A DNA stretch of 64,000 nt from an uncultured Verrucomicrobiota bacterium (GCA_964650945.1 CAZYXU010000001.1:32474-96473), one strand, 5' to 3'. Shown: positions 53,819 to 64,000, numbered from the stretch's first letter. Notes: a model not told the origin generated them from the letters alone. Translations and numbers: made by a program.

Positions 53819-55264
53819 ATGCCGGTTGCCAATGCGCCAGTTGCCCCGTTAGCCGCCGCCGGCGGGCGCCGGCCGCTGTTCAGCGGCGATGCCGAACGCG
53901 GCGTGCTGGGGTCGATCCTGCTGGATTGGCAGAAGGTCCTGGATTTTTGCGTCGAAAAGCAGTTGACGGCGGATTCGTTTTATCTCCGCCCGCATCAGGT
54001 GGTCTTCGAGACCATGCTGGAGATGTCCCGCGACAGCCGGCCGATCGACGTGCTGACCCTCGGCGAGCGGCTGAATGCCGCCGGCCGGCTGGCGGAAGTC
54101 GGCGGCGTCACTTTCCTGAACCAGTTGCTCGACGCCACCCCCACCGCTGCCCATGCCGAATATTACGTGGATATTGTGCGCCAGCATCACCTGCTGCGCC
54201 GCATCGTGGACTGCGCCCGCTCCTCGGAAAGCACCTGCTACGCGTCCGAGGAGAGCGCCGACGCCATCCTGGCGCGCGTGGAACAGGATTTTTTCGATAT
54301 CTCCGAGCAGCGCCATGACGCCATGATGCACTGGCCGCGCGCTGTGGACGCCTCGATGGAGGCGATTAATAAAATCCTCGACATGAAGAAGGGCATCACC
54401 GGGATTCCCACCGGCTACCCGGACCTGGACGAAAAACTGTCGGGCATGCATGCCGGGGAAATGATCGTGCTGGCCGCCCGGCCGTCCATGGGCAAGACTT
54501 CGCTGGCAATGAATATCGTGGAACACGTCGCCCTGGGCGCCACCGACCACCAGCCGCGCCCGGTCGCCATCTTCAGTCTGGAAATGTCGCGGGAACAGTT
54601 GATCATCCGCATGCTGGGAAGCCATGCGCGCATTCCCGCCCACCGCATTTCTTCCGGATATTTGACCACCGCCAATCACGGGCTGCTGATGCAGGCGGCG
54701 GATGTGCTGAAAAAAGCCCCGATTTACCTGGATGACACCGGCGGCCTCGATATCCTGGAACTGCGCGCCCGGGCCCGCCGCATGAAACGCAAATACGATA
54801 TCGCCCTCTTCGTCATCGATTACCTGCAGTTGCTCAATTCCCACGAACACCGCCGCGACGGCCGGCAGTTGGAAGTCGCGCATATTTCCGGCTCGATCAA
54901 GAACATGGCCAAGGAATTGAAGGCGCCCGTGCTGGTGCTCAGCCAGTTGAACCGTTCGCCCGAAGCCCGCGACCGCGGCGAGCCGCGCCTGGCGGATTTG
55001 CGCGATTCCGGCTCCATCGAGCAGGATGCCGACGTCGTCTGCCTGCTGCGCCGGCCATCCAAGTACAACGATGACCAGGACGCCGCCGCCGGCATCAGCA
55101 ACAAGGCCATCGTGGATATCGCCAAGCAGCGCAACGGTCCGACGGGCGAGGTGGAACTGGTGTTCCGTGATGAAATCATGCGTTTTGAAAGCCTGGCTAA
55201 AGGCGGCGCTTACAACGAAGAAATGGCGCCGGCCGCTCCGACCGGCCGGGAATCAAGGGAGTAA
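53819..55264 (+). CDS. dnaB: Replicative DNA helicase
   Basis: N-terminal DnaB domain (ERGVLGSILLD), Walker A ARPSMGKTSLA, Walker B FVIDYLQLL, arginine finger region. Confidence 0.9.
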   Translation: MPVANAPVAPLAAAGGRRPLFSGDAERGVLGSILLDWQKVLDFCVEKQLTADSFYLRPHQVVFETMLEMSRDSRPIDVLTLGERLNAAGRLAEVGGVTFLNQLLDATPTAAHAEYYVDIVRQHHLLRRIVDCARSSESTCYASEESADAILARVEQDFFDISEQRHDAMMHWPRAVDASMEAINKILDMKKGITGIPTGYPDLDEKLSGMHAGEMIVLAARPSMGKTSLAMNIVEHVALGATDHQPRPVAIFSLEMSREQLIIRMLGSHARIPAHRISSGYLTTANHGLLMQAADVLKKAPIYLDDTGGLDILELRARARRMKRKYDIALFVIDYLQLLNSHEHRRDGRQLEVAHISGSIKNMAKELKAPVLVLSQLNRSPEARDRGEPRLADLRDSGSIEQDADVVCLLRRPSKYNDDQDAAAGISNKAIVDIAKQRNGPTGEVELVFRDEIMRFESLAKGGAYNEEMAPAAPTGRESRE

Positions 55265-55266
55265 TC

Positions 55267-57630
55267 ATGCATTTTAAACTGCGTCAATCTCTGCCGGCGC
55301 TGGCTGGCATCCTGCTCTTTGCCGCGTCCCTGCCGGCCGCGGTCATCCGGGAAATCCGGGTGGAAGCCGTGGATGTGCATTTCAACGACCGGGATTTCAT
55401 CATGGCCGCCACCCAGGTCAAGCCGGGCGACACCGTGGACCAGCGCCGCATCTCCCGCGATGTCAAAAACCTGATGGAAACCGGCCGCTTCTCCTTCGTG
55501 GACTCGGAATTGGTCGCCGCCGGGGCGGATTTCGACCTGGTTTACCGCGTGGCCGTCAAGCCCCGCCTGGAAAAGCCGGTCACCGTCGAAGGCGCCGAGG
55601 CCATGGGCGAACGCCACATCCGCAAGTGGCTGGAATTGGAGCCGGGCGACGCGGTGGACGACGCGATCCTGAGCATGCGTTCCCGCAAGGTGCGCGACGA
55701 ATACCACCAGCGGTTTTATCCCGATGTCAAGTTGACCTGGGAAATCATCACCGAGCCCAACAGCGGCTTCGCCCGGGTGATTTACCGCGTGGACGAAGGC
55801 GGCCGCGCCACGCTCCGCCGCGTGAAATTCACCGGCAATACCTACCAGCCCCCCGGCTTCACGGAGCGGTTTGTGGCCGGGATGCACCGGCGCGAAGCCG
55901 TCGCCGAAGCCTCGGTGCCGCCGGAACAGTTGGAGGCCGTCATGCAGCCGCGCCTCTGGCACATTTTTTCCTTCTTCACCAAGCGCGGCATGTACAACGC
56001 CGACGATCTGGACGCCGACCGCGACGCTTTGCGCGCGCTCTACCTGAACCGCGGTTACCTGGACGCGCAAATCGGCCGCCCGGAAGTCGTTTATTACCAG
56101 CCGCGCAAGCTCGCGGCGACTTTCCCCATCACCGAGGGCCCCCAGTACCGGCTGGGCGAAATCAAATTGCAGGACCATACCCGCTTCCCGACCGAAGACT
56201 TGCAGGCGCTCGTCAAGCTCCGCCCGGGCGATATCGCCGGCATGGGCGCCATTAACCGCACCGCGGAAGCGCTGCGCGATTATTACTGGAACCGCGGTTA
56301 CATGCGCGCCGCCGTCCGCCCGCGCTTGCGGCCCCGGCCGGCGGCGCCGGTGGTGGACGTGGATTTCCAGTTCAGCGAAGGCGACGTGGTCAACATCCGC
56401 TACGTGGACATCCGCGGCAACACCCGCACCAAGGAACAGGTTATCCGCCGCGAATTGGTGGTGTATCCGGGGGAGCTTTACAATATGGTCAAGGTGCGGC
56501 AGAGCGAGCGCATCCTGCAGAACCTGGGCTTCTTCTCCAATGTCAGCAGCTACCCGCGCGAGACGGGCGAGGCTTTCCGCGACGACCTGGTGTTTGAGGT
56601 CGAGGAAACCCGCACCGGCCAGTTCATGGTAGGCGCCGGCTATTCCAGCATTGACGAGATCATCGGGTTCGTGGAAGTATCCCAGGGCAACTTCGACCTG
56701 TTCGGCTGGCCGCGTTTCACCGGCGGCGGCCAGAAATTGCGGCTGCGCGCGCAAGTCGGCAGCGAAACCGAGGAATACCTGATTTCGCTGGTCGAGCCCT
56801 GGTTCCTGGGGCGCAAGCTTTCGCTGGGCGGGGAACTCTACCGCACCGTCCGGAAAAACCTGAGCGATTACTACAACGAGCGGCGCCTGGGCAGCGCCGT
56901 GACGCTCGGCAAACCGTTGAAAGGTTTTTTCCAACGCGCCAACCTGCGTTACGGCCTGGAGGAAATCACCATCTACGATGTGGCCACCAATGCCGTCCAG
57001 CGCATCAAGGATGAGGATGGCAGCCGCATGGTCAGTTCCCTCAAGCTCACCCTGATCCATGACACCCGCGACAACTTCTTCGTGCCGACCCGCGGCGTGC
57101 GCACCACCCTCGCCAGCCGCCTGACCGGCGGGCCGCTGGCCGGCGATGTGGACATGTACGGGTTGGAAGCCGACACTTCCGCCTATTACCCGCTCTGGTT
57201 CGGCCATGTCTTCAACCTGCGCGGCTGGGCCGCCGTGGTGCAGGAATACGGCAAGGACGACGATGTGCGCATCTTCGACCGCCTGTCGCTGGGCGGCGCG
57301 CGCACATTGCGCGGGTTCAAGTACCGCCATGTCAGCCCCTACGAGGAGGGCGAACCGATCGGCGGCAAGACCGCCGCCCTGGCGGCGGCGGAATACAGCG
57401 TGCCGATCACCCGCAAAATTTTGCGCGCGGCGGTTTTCTATGAATTGGGCAACGTCTGGATGGACGCCTACGAGATGGATTCGTCGTACTGTTCCGATAT
57501 CGGCATTGGCGCGCGGCTGGATATCCCGGGGTTTCCCATCCGCGTCGATTACGCCTGGCCGCTGGAAATCAGCGGCGACGTTGAGCGCACTTCGGCGCGC
57601 TTTAATTTCTGGCTGGGGTATGGATTCTAA
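55267..57630 (+). CDS. bamA: Outer membrane protein assembly factor BamA
   Basis: Signal peptide, five POTRA-like repeats, Omp85 C-terminal barrel ending in ...FWLGYGF. Confidence 0.9.
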   Translation: MHFKLRQSLPALAGILLFAASLPAAVIREIRVEAVDVHFNDRDFIMAATQVKPGDTVDQRRISRDVKNLMETGRFSFVDSELVAAGADFDLVYRVAVKPRLEKPVTVEGAEAMGERHIRKWLELEPGDAVDDAILSMRSRKVRDEYHQRFYPDVKLTWEIITEPNSGFARVIYRVDEGGRATLRRVKFTGNTYQPPGFTERFVAGMHRREAVAEASVPPEQLEAVMQPRLWHIFSFFTKRGMYNADDLDADRDALRALYLNRGYLDAQIGRPEVVYYQPRKLAATFPITEGPQYRLGEIKLQDHTRFPTEDLQALVKLRPGDIAGMGAINRTAEALRDYYWNRGYMRAAVRPRLRPRPAAPVVDVDFQFSEGDVVNIRYVDIRGNTRTKEQVIRRELVVYPGELYNMVKVRQSERILQNLGFFSNVSSYPRETGEAFRDDLVFEVEETRTGQFMVGAGYSSIDEIIGFVEVSQGNFDLFGWPRFTGGGQKLRLRAQVGSETEEYLISLVEPWFLGRKLSLGGELYRTVRKNLSDYYNERRLGSAVTLGKPLKGFFQRANLRYGLEEITIYDVATNAVQRIKDEDGSRMVSSLKLTLIHDTRDNFFVPTRGVRTTLASRLTGGPLAGDVDMYGLEADTSAYYPLWFGHVFNLRGWAAVVQEYGKDDDVRIFDRLSLGGARTLRGFKYRHVSPYEEGEPIGGKTAALAAAEYSVPITRKILRAAVFYELGNVWMDAYEMDSSYCSDIGIGARLDIPGFPIRVDYAWPLEISGDVERTSARFNFWLGYGF

Positions 57631-57642
57631 TAAGGAGCAATC

Positions 57643-58230
57643 ATGATGCGTGGCAACCTGGTATGGGCTTTGGCGGTCACCGCGGGCGTTTTGTCCGGCG
57701 CGCTGGCGCCGGCGGCCGCGGGCGCGGATTTGAAACTGGCGACGGTGTCCATGGAGCGCCTGTTCGACGAGTATCACCGCACCCAGACGTTTAACGCCGA
57801 TTTGAAGAAGCGCGCGGCGGCGCTCGAGGGCAAGCGCGACCAGTTGGTGCTGGAGGCCAAGTCCCGGCAGCGCGCGTTGGAAACCGTGGCGGAGGAGGCG
57901 CGCGACCGGTCGCTGAGCGACAGCGAGCGCGACCGCAAGAAACGCGACGCCGAGGAGGCCTATGCCCGCGCGCGCAGCGCCGAGGAGGCGGTGGTGGAAT
58001 TTGACCGCAGCGAAAAACGCCGGTTCAGCGAGGAAATGCGCGAAGCCCAGCAGGAGCTGGTCAAGGAAATCCGCGCGGTGATCCGCGAATACGCCGCCCA
58101 AAAAGGATTTACGCTGGTGCTGGATGTTTCCGGGAAAACGCTCAACGGCGTGGAGGCGGTGGTTTACAGCGATCCGGGCTTCGAGATCACCGGGCCGGTG
58201 CTGGAAATCCTGAACAAGAAAGGCAAATGA
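57643..58230 (+). CDS. skp: OmpH/Skp family periplasmic chaperone
   Basis: Signal peptide, long Arg/Glu/Ala coiled-coil and a position right after bamA. Confidence 0.8.
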   Translation: MMRGNLVWALAVTAGVLSGALAPAAAGADLKLATVSMERLFDEYHRTQTFNADLKKRAAALEGKRDQLVLEAKSRQRALETVAEEARDRSLSDSERDRKKRDAEEAYARARSAEEAVVEFDRSEKRRFSEEMREAQQELVKEIRAVIREYAAQKGFTLVLDVSGKTLNGVEAVVYSDPGFEITGPVLEILNKKGK

Positions 58231-58231
58231 T

Positions 58232-59290
58232 ATGTCAGCGCGCTTGACCGTGGCGGAAATCGCCCAGCGCCTTGAAGGCCGGCTCGAAGGCGACGGGCAT
58301 GTGGAAATCACCGGCCTCGCGGGCATCCGCGAAGCCCAGCCGGGCCAGTTGAGTTTTGTGGCCAACCCCCAGTACGCCGCCGCCGCCGCCGCCACGCGCG
58401 CCAGCGCGGTGATTGTCGCCGCGGATTGGTCGCGGCCCTGTTCCGCGGCGCTGATCCGCGTGCGCAATCCCGACAAGGCCTTTGCCCTGGCCGCCCAGTG
58501 GTTCGCCCCCGCGCCGCCCCCGCCGCTGACCGGCGTGCATCCCACGGCCATCGTCGCGCCGGACGCCCGGTTGGGCGACGGCGTGGCCTTGGGCCCGTTT
58601 TGCGTGGTCGAAGCGGGCGCGCGCATCGGCGAGCATACCGTCATCAGCGCCGGCTGCTACATCGGGCATGGGGTGGCCATCGGCGCCAACTGCCGCTTGT
58701 ATCCCCATGTCTCGATCCGCGAACATTGCCGCCTGGGCGACCGCTGCATTCTGCATAACGGCGTGGTGATCGGCAGCGACGGCTTCGGCTATATCCAGGA
58801 AGGCGCGATCCGCCGCAAAATCCCCCAAATCGGCATCGTGGTCATCGGCAACGATGTCGAAATCGGCGCCAATGTCACCGTTGACCGCGCCCGGTTCGGC
58901 CAGACGATCATCGGCAATGGCGTGAAGATCGACAACCTGGTACAGATTGCGCACAACGTGATCATTGGCGACAACGCCGTGATTGTCGCCCAGGTCGGCA
59001 TCTCCGGCAGCACCACGATCGGCGAACGCACCATCCTCGCCGGCCAGGTGGGGATCGCCGGCCATTTGACCATCGGGTCGGATGTGATCATCGGCGCCCA
59101 GTCCGGGGTGAGCAAAAACATCCCGGACAAATCCTTTGTGCTGGGCAGCCCGGCCCAGCCTTACGAAAAGACGGCGAAAATCCACGCGCTGACCATGCGC
59201 CTGCCGGACTTGAAGGATAAGTTGGCGGCCTTGGAGCAGCGCATCGCGGCCCTGGAACAGCCGGCCGCCAAAAAGACGCCGCCCGCCTGA
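58232..59290 (+). CDS. lpxD: UDP-3-O-(3-hydroxyacyl)glucosamine N-acyltransferase
   Basis: N-terminal LpxD domain ([10 protein letters not shown]...) and long left-handed beta-helix hexapeptide repeats (IGxxVxIGxN...). Confidence 0.9.
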   Translation: MSARLTVAEIAQRLEGRLEGDGHVEITGLAGIREAQPGQLSFVANPQYAAAAAATRASAVIVAADWSRPCSAALIRVRNPDKAFALAAQWFAPAPPPPLTGVHPTAIVAPDARLGDGVALGPFCVVEAGARIGEHTVISAGCYIGHGVAIGANCRLYPHVSIREHCRLGDRCILHNGVVIGSDGFGYIQEGAIRRKIPQIGIVVIGNDVEIGANVTVDRARFGQTIIGNGVKIDNLVQIAHNVIIGDNAVIVAQVGISGSTTIGERTILAGQVGIAGHLTIGSDVIIGAQSGVSKNIPDKSFVLGSPAQPYEKTAKIHALTMRLPDLKDKLAALEQRIAALEQPAAKKTPPA

Positions 59291-59306
59291 ACCGGCCGGC
59301 GGCGGT

Positions 59307-61067
59307 TCAACTGCGCTGCAATCGCCAGTTGCCCCACGCCTGGACCTCCGACATCAGTTCCTGGCCTTCCCGGCCTTTCCAGTAAACGCGGTGCTGGTCG
59401 CCGTAAGGCGTGTAATCCGCCGGCACGCGCTCCCACCAAGGCTGGGCCGGCGACCGCCGGGCGCCCGCCGCCGGCAGCGGCGCGGAAGGCTGGACCACGC
59501 AGACGTTGAATTTCAATGTGTCGCCCGGGCGCAAACCCGAATCCGGGTCGGCGTTGCGCCGGCGCAGCGCGGCCAGGGGCAGGGCGAGCATGACGGCATA
59601 CCCGCGCGGGGTGGGGCGGACGGCATGCCGGAAAACCATCCCGGGGAATTGGCTTTCCTTCGGCATCCAGACATTGCCCTGCGCATCCACGGAGATTTCA
59701 AACGATTCGGGCGTGAAGTTGATGTGTTCCAGGCGCGGATTGGCGGCAAACAGGAACCGCACCGCGTCGCACTTTTGCATGGACAGCAGCCCATGCCACC
59801 CCGCGCGCGTCTGGCTGACGACATCCGCCAGGATGTAAAGCAGTCCGCCGGCATGCATGGCGCGCACGGTGTAGGAGCAATAACCGTGCCGGAATGCCGC
59901 CGGATAACGCTCCCGGGCGTAGTCGTAATTGGCGTCCTGCGAGACCTGGATCGCCGGAATCTTTTGCCAGGCGCCGGCCTGGACGTCGGCGTCCACCGCC
60001 ACCGGTTCGCCCCGGCGCACGATATAATCGGCGCGGATTAGCCGCGCGCCGGCGAGCCGCGCGGGCTTTGAGCTTTGCGCGGCTGAACGCGCGCCGCCGC
60101 GCCGCAGGCTGGCGCCGTGCCGGCGCATCCACCGGCCGATGGTCCGCAGGCGCCGGACTTCCTCGGTCCGCAATTGCCCGTCCGGGCGCGGGCCGACATT
60201 CAGCAGCAGGTTGCCGCCCAGGCCGACGGTGGCGCGCAGCAATTCCACCAGCTTCTCCGCCGGCCGGAAATCCGCCGGCCGCTCGTGCCGGCAATAGCCC
60301 CAGGACTGCCCGGTCATTGTGTGGCAGGCTTCCCAGGGGATGGGCCGGCCGTTGTACAGCGGCGGCGCATGCGGGGTCATTTGCTCCGGCGTGATGAAAT
60401 CCGGGTGGTTGCCGGTCAGGCGGTTGTTGATGAGGATGTCGGGCTGGCACTTGCGGATTTCCCGGCCGATCGGTCCGCCGTCGAAAATCGGGTCGCGCCC
60501 GTCAAACCACAGGATGTCAATCTTGCCGTAATTGGTGAGCAACTCGCGCAACTGGCCGACCATGTATGCCTGGTACCTGGCCAGGTCGGGCTGGCGGGCG
60601 TTGGGCTCCAGGCGCACCAGCGGGAAATCCGGGGGCAAGGGATAGTGCTGGTGGTGCCAGTCCTTGATCGAGTAATAAATCCCAACGCGCAATCCTTCCG
60701 CGCGGCAGGCGTCCACGTATTCCCGCACCAGGTCGCGCCGCGCGCCCGCATGCATGGACGTGTATTTGGTCAGCTTGGAATCGAACAGGCAAAACCCGTC
60801 ATGATGCTTGGCGGTCAGCACCATGTAACGCATGCCGGCTTCGCGCGCCAGGCGCGCCCATTGCCGCGGCGCGCCGGGCCGGGGCTTAAACAGCGGCAGC
60901 AGTTTTTCGTACTCCCGGATTTTGACGCGCTCGGAGAACATGACCCATTCCCCGCGCGCCGGGATGGCGTACAGGCCGAAATGGATAAACATGCCGAATT
61001 GGGCCTCACGCCACCACTGGCTGCGCGCCGCCGCGGCGGCCGGATGCGGTTCAAAATTGCTTTTCAT
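59307..61067 (-). CDS. Alpha-L-fucosidase (GH29) with an extra C-terminal domain; no signal peptide
   Basis: WWREAQFGMFIHFGLYA, TAKHHDGFCLFDS and ILWFDG catalytic-domain blocks of GH29. Confidence 0.85.
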   Translation of the reverse strand: MKSNFEPHPAAAAARSQWWREAQFGMFIHFGLYAIPARGEWVMFSERVKIREYEKLLPLFKPRPGAPRQWARLAREAGMRYMVLTAKHHDGFCLFDSKLTKYTSMHAGARRDLVREYVDACRAEGLRVGIYYSIKDWHHQHYPLPPDFPLVRLEPNARQPDLARYQAYMVGQLRELLTNYGKIDILWFDGRDPIFDGGPIGREIRKCQPDILINNRLTGNHPDFITPEQMTPHAPPLYNGRPIPWEACHTMTGQSWGYCRHERPADFRPAEKLVELLRATVGLGGNLLLNVGPRPDGQLRTEEVRRLRTIGRWMRRHGASLRRGGARSAAQSSKPARLAGARLIRADYIVRRGEPVAVDADVQAGAWQKIPAIQVSQDANYDYARERYPAAFRHGYCSYTVRAMHAGGLLYILADVVSQTRAGWHGLLSMQKCDAVRFLFAANPRLEHINFTPESFEISVDAQGNVWMPKESQFPGMVFRHAVRPTPRGYAVMLALPLAALRRRNADPDSGLRPGDTLKFNVCVVQPSAPLPAAGARRSPAQPWWERVPADYTPYGDQHRVYWKGREGQELMSEVQAWGNWRLQRS

Positions 61068-61094
61068 CTTGCTCCTTCAGGATGGGATGCGCGC

Positions 61095-62825
61095 TCAATG
61101 GCGGGTTGGAAATTCCTGGCGCCGCAGACGCGGCGCGCTCGCCTGATTGTAACCGGCGAAAAAAGCCTGCGTGTCCGCCGGGCCGGCCCAGCCCCGGCTG
61201 GCCAGGCAATCGCCCACCCGGAACAAATCGCGCCCGGCGCGGCGGCGGGAGACGCGCCAGTGTTTGTGGACGCCGTCCAGGTCCACTGCCCACATGTCGG
61301 ATGGGGCGGCGCCGGCCATGACATTTTCATATTTCAAGTCGCGGTTGGAATAGTTCCGCGCGTGAAACATGGCCGCCAGCCGGCCGTAGGCGGTCAGCAG
61401 CGCCGCGCGTTCCGCCGGGGGCAGGTCCGGTCGCGCCAGGCGGTCCTGCAAGGGCTGCGCGTCCAGCGCCACGGCGATCAGATATTCCGCCCGCCGCCGT
61501 CCGCCGCGCCATTGCGCGCTCCAGGCCAGCGCCGGCGCGGTGGGAATGCCCGCCGCGCCTAACTGCCGGGCGAGGTCGAAGTTCCGGCGCGCCCGGGGCG
61601 GCCGCAGGGAAAAGCGCCAGCCGCCCGGCCGGCCGCGGCGCGGCCAATGCGCCTTGATCACCAGCCCGTCCAGGGCGGTGACGCGGCAGCCGTCATAGGC
61701 CTTCAATTCCCGGCCGGGGCCGCTCGTTTCCACGAACGGCGCCGGGCCGGCCGCTGCCGGCTGCCAATGGCGTTGCAGCCATTGAACCAGCCGGCCGGCC
61801 TGCGCCGGATCGGCCTGCCAGGCCAGGCCGCCCTGCCGGATCGAGATGGCCGGCGCCGGGATGCGCCGGCGCAAACCGCCGGCCAGCAACAGCGCCAGCA
61901 TCATGCCGGTGGCCAGGAGCGAGTCGGTGAAATCGGCTTCCGTGCCGAACCAGATGCCGGGTTTGCGGGCGGGATTGAAATCCGTGAAAAAGTGGTGGAA
62001 TTTAATCACCCAAACCCAGGCGGCATGCGCGCCGATGCTCTGCCAGATCGAGCCGGTCCGCTCCAGGAAGGCGCATAAAACCACTCCCAGCAAAGTCAGA
62101 TTGCAGAAACGCAGGATGAACGCGTCCGTCCGCGGAACATTGGCAAAGGTATCCAGGTAAACCCGCCAGACGGCGGCCGCCGGGGACACGCCCTCGAACG
62201 CTTCCGGCGTGGGACTCAGAAAATGCGCGAGCGCGAAAATCGCGCTGGAAAACAACGCCGCCGGCCAGACCCGCCAGAGGCGCGTGCATACCCGGAACAG
62301 GATTCCGCGGCAGATGATTTCCTCCAGCAGGCCGACGGAAATGCCGGAAAGCAGGTAGGAAAAGGTCCGGTAAGGCATGACCGACCAGTCCGCCGGGAGG
62401 GTGATGATCCGGATATCCAGCAGTCGCGCGGCCAGGCTCATGCCCCCCAGCGTCGCCAGGCCGATGAGTATGCCCCAGGCGATTTGCCGCCGCCACTGCG
62501 GGCTGACGGCCCGGTCCGGGTCGGCGCTGAATCCGCAGTCGCGCCCGCCGCGCCAGCCGGCGATTTTCAAAAAATAGCCCAGGAAAATCAGGCCGATGAC
62601 AAAGATGCACCGGCGCATTACCCGGTCCGCTCCCTTGTCGAGCAGGTAAGCGCCCACCGGCCCGTCCAGCCGGACGGCGCCTTGCATGATCAACACCGCC
62701 GCCAGCGCCGCCGTCCCGATCCCGACCGTCAGGAACAGGACCATCAGGATAATGATCTGCCAGGGGCTGGCCGGTCGCAACGCCTGGTTTGATTTATGCA
62801 TAAGATCAAATTTCAAAACTCTCAA
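61095..62825 (-). CDS. Fusion protein: N-terminal CPBP (CAAX/Abi) intramembrane protease domain + C-terminal lipopolysaccharide-kinase (Kdo/WaaP/InaA, RIO-like) domain
   Basis: Polytopic N-half with LLEEIICRGILF (EExxxR) and FSSAIFALAHF (FxxxH) CPBP motifs. C-half has a kinase-like core with catalytic loop YSNRDLKYENVM and DLDG. ATGA overlap with the upstream SGNH gene. Confidence 0.7.
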   Translation of the reverse strand: MRVLKFDLMHKSNQALRPASPWQIIILMVLFLTVGIGTAALAAVLIMQGAVRLDGPVGAYLLDKGADRVMRRCIFVIGLIFLGYFLKIAGWRGGRDCGFSADPDRAVSPQWRRQIAWGILIGLATLGGMSLAARLLDIRIITLPADWSVMPYRTFSYLLSGISVGLLEEIICRGILFRVCTRLWRVWPAALFSSAIFALAHFLSPTPEAFEGVSPAAAVWRVYLDTFANVPRTDAFILRFCNLTLLGVVLCAFLERTGSIWQSIGAHAAWVWVIKFHHFFTDFNPARKPGIWFGTEADFTDSLLATGMMLALLLAGGLRRRIPAPAISIRQGGLAWQADPAQAGRLVQWLQRHWQPAAAGPAPFVETSGPGRELKAYDGCRVTALDGLVIKAHWPRRGRPGGWRFSLRPPRARRNFDLARQLGAAGIPTAPALAWSAQWRGGRRRAEYLIAVALDAQPLQDRLARPDLPPAERAALLTAYGRLAAMFHARNYSNRDLKYENVMAGAAPSDMWAVDLDGVHKHWRVSRRRAGRDLFRVGDCLASRGWAGPADTQAFFAGYNQASAPRLRRQEFPTRH

Positions 62826-63991
62826 AACCTCTGCGCCGCCGCCATTGCCTGCAATTTATGGTAGATGGATTCCGCGATATATTGCAATCCCTGCTGGCGG
62901 AAATGTATGCCGTCGCCGGAAAAATACGGGTCGAATTCCGGACCGGCGCCCAGGGCATGCAGGTCCAGCAGGTCGGCCCCGGTCTGCGCGGCCACCTGCC
63001 GGGTCAATTCCGCGTATTCGTCATGCACGGCGTTGAAATCAATCCTGGCCGCGGCTTCGGCAAATTTGTACTGGTTGGCCTCCACCTCGCGGCGCGGCGC
63101 CGTGATCAGCAACGGGCGCGCCCCGGCCGCCCGGATGTCCTTCACGAATTCGGTCAGGATCGCCGCGTATTCGCCCGGCGGCACGCGGAATCCGGCTTCC
63201 TCCCGTACCGGCCGGCCATTGTGGCCGTTGGCAAACAGGTTGAACAACAGCATGAAGCAGCGCTTGTTCTTCAGGATGTTGTAGAGCGTGCCATGCCAGC
63301 GGCTGACCTTCATGGCCATGCGGTTGCGGTCGGTCTGCATTTCCAGCCAGTGATCGTTCCAGCCGTAATACAGGGTGACAATGTCGGGCCGCAGTTGGCG
63401 GGCCTGGGTTTTGAACACTTTTAAACCCTGGGCCGACGAATACCCGTAAACCGCCATATTGAAGGCCTCCCAGCGGTTGGATGTCGGGGGCGCCACCGCC
63501 AGCAGGTTGTGCAGCAACTGGCTGTAGGGCGGGTGGCCTTGCGCGGTGACCGAATCGCCCATGCAGATGACGCGCGTGATGCCCGGCTGTTTGACGGGGT
63601 CAACCTCGCGGTCCCGGTAGCCCAGGCGGTTGATGACGATCCGGTCATAACGCTTGCCGGGACGGAACTTCCAGAGCAATTCCGGGTCGGAATACCCCTC
63701 GTCGCGTTCGGTATGGCCGTCGGCGTCCGTGGTTTCGAAGATGACCGGCGCCATTTCCACCTTGAAATCCGATTTCGCCAGGGTCCATTCCAGCGCGCCG
63801 ACCATGATGTATAAGGTTGCCAGCGCCAGGATGATCTGGCGCGGCACGAGGCCGTCCAGCAGACTGCGGATTTCCCGCCCCTGCCGGCGGGCGTGCAGTT
63901 TGACCGCGATGCGCGCCGCCAGCAGCAGCGCCACCGCCAGCCAGGGCTTGAAATTGGCGTTGACGGTGAGGTGCAATGGCCCCGCGCGCAA
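62822..63991 (-). CDS. SGNH/GDSL-family hydrolase with N-terminal membrane anchor
   Basis: VICMGDSVT (GDS block), GWNDHW and a D..H C-terminal block; N-terminal TM helices. ORF start at 63989-63991, close to the window end. Confidence 0.7.
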   Translation of the reverse strand: MRAGPLHLTVNANFKPWLAVALLLAARIAVKLHARRQGREIRSLLDGLVPRQIILALATLYIMVGALEWTLAKSDFKVEMAPVIFETTDADGHTERDEGYSDPELLWKFRPGKRYDRIVINRLGYRDREVDPVKQPGITRVICMGDSVTAQGHPPYSQLLHNLLAVAPPTSNRWEAFNMAVYGYSSAQGLKVFKTQARQLRPDIVTLYYGWNDHWLEMQTDRNRMAMKVSRWHGTLYNILKNKRCFMLLFNLFANGHNGRPVREEAGFRVPPGEYAAILTEFVKDIRAAGARPLLITAPRREVEANQYKFAEAAARIDFNAVHDEYAELTRQVAAQTGADLLDLHALGAGPEFDPYFSGDGIHFRQQGLQYIAESIYHKLQAMAAAQRF

Positions 63992-64000
63992 CTGCAGCGG

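Noticed and set aside
55210-58644. 1144-aa minus-strand ORF across bamA-skp-lpxD
   Set aside because: It is antisense to three canonical + strand genes, and its translation has no family resemblance.
1-64000. CRISPR arrays, rRNA genes, integrase or transposase genes
   Set aside because: No regularly spaced short repeats with unique spacers, no rRNA-like conserved stretches, and no tyrosine/serine recombinase or DDE motifs were found in any substantial ORF.

Overview
This 64-kb window is a high-GC (~65%) chromosomal segment from a Gram-negative bacterium (bamA-skp-lpxD, pgpA and outer-membrane-type beta-barrel proteins are present). It falls into three parts.

(i) 0-20 kb is a surface-polysaccharide / glycosyltransferase locus. 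It holds a WbaP-like priming transferase that is truncated at the window edge, a GT2, three GT4 enzymes and a Ser/Thr kinase with a zinc ribbon and a transmembrane segment. Housekeeping genes are interleaved: class II ribonucleotide reductase nrdJ, deoB, a radical-SAM enzyme of the AmmeMemoRadiSam type, an FAD oxidase, rlmN, pdxB, a beta-lactamase-family serine hydrolase and a cyclophilin lipoprotein.

(ii) About 20.5-34.7 kb is an accessory-looking stretch with lower-GC patches. It carries two small secreted proteins at ~50% GC, a transglutaminase-like lipoprotein, a small repeat lipoprotein and a SAM-dependent methyltransferase. It also carries a complete Type I R-M operon arranged hsdR-hsdS-[XRE-HTH / PIN / small ORF]-hsdM-radC, and an addiction-module antitoxin followed by a truncated RelE/ParE-like toxin. 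Next come an extra GAPDH and an AT-rich 1-kb islet encoding a PIN-domain protein, which is flanked by 28-nt direct repeats. The stretch ends at comM, whose first ~16 codons are duplicated immediately upstream.

(iii) 34.7-64 kb holds core genes: comM, an M20 peptidase, a YceH-like protein, a GT4, a ferredoxin, cbiB, two tRNA-Gln genes, a chorismate-binding enzyme, a Gfo/Idh/MocA + sugar-isomerase + AraC cluster, ispE-prs-rplY-pth, rpsF-rpsR-rplI-dnaB and bamA-skp-lpxD. On the minus strand there is an operon of SGNH hydrolase / CPBP-protease::LPS-kinase fusion / GH29 fucosidase.

I found no CRISPR array, rRNA gene, integrase or intact transposase. Many long ORFs in the supplied track are antisense artefacts of the high GC and were rejected. 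All coordinates and family assignments come from reading the sequence and ORF translations without database searches.
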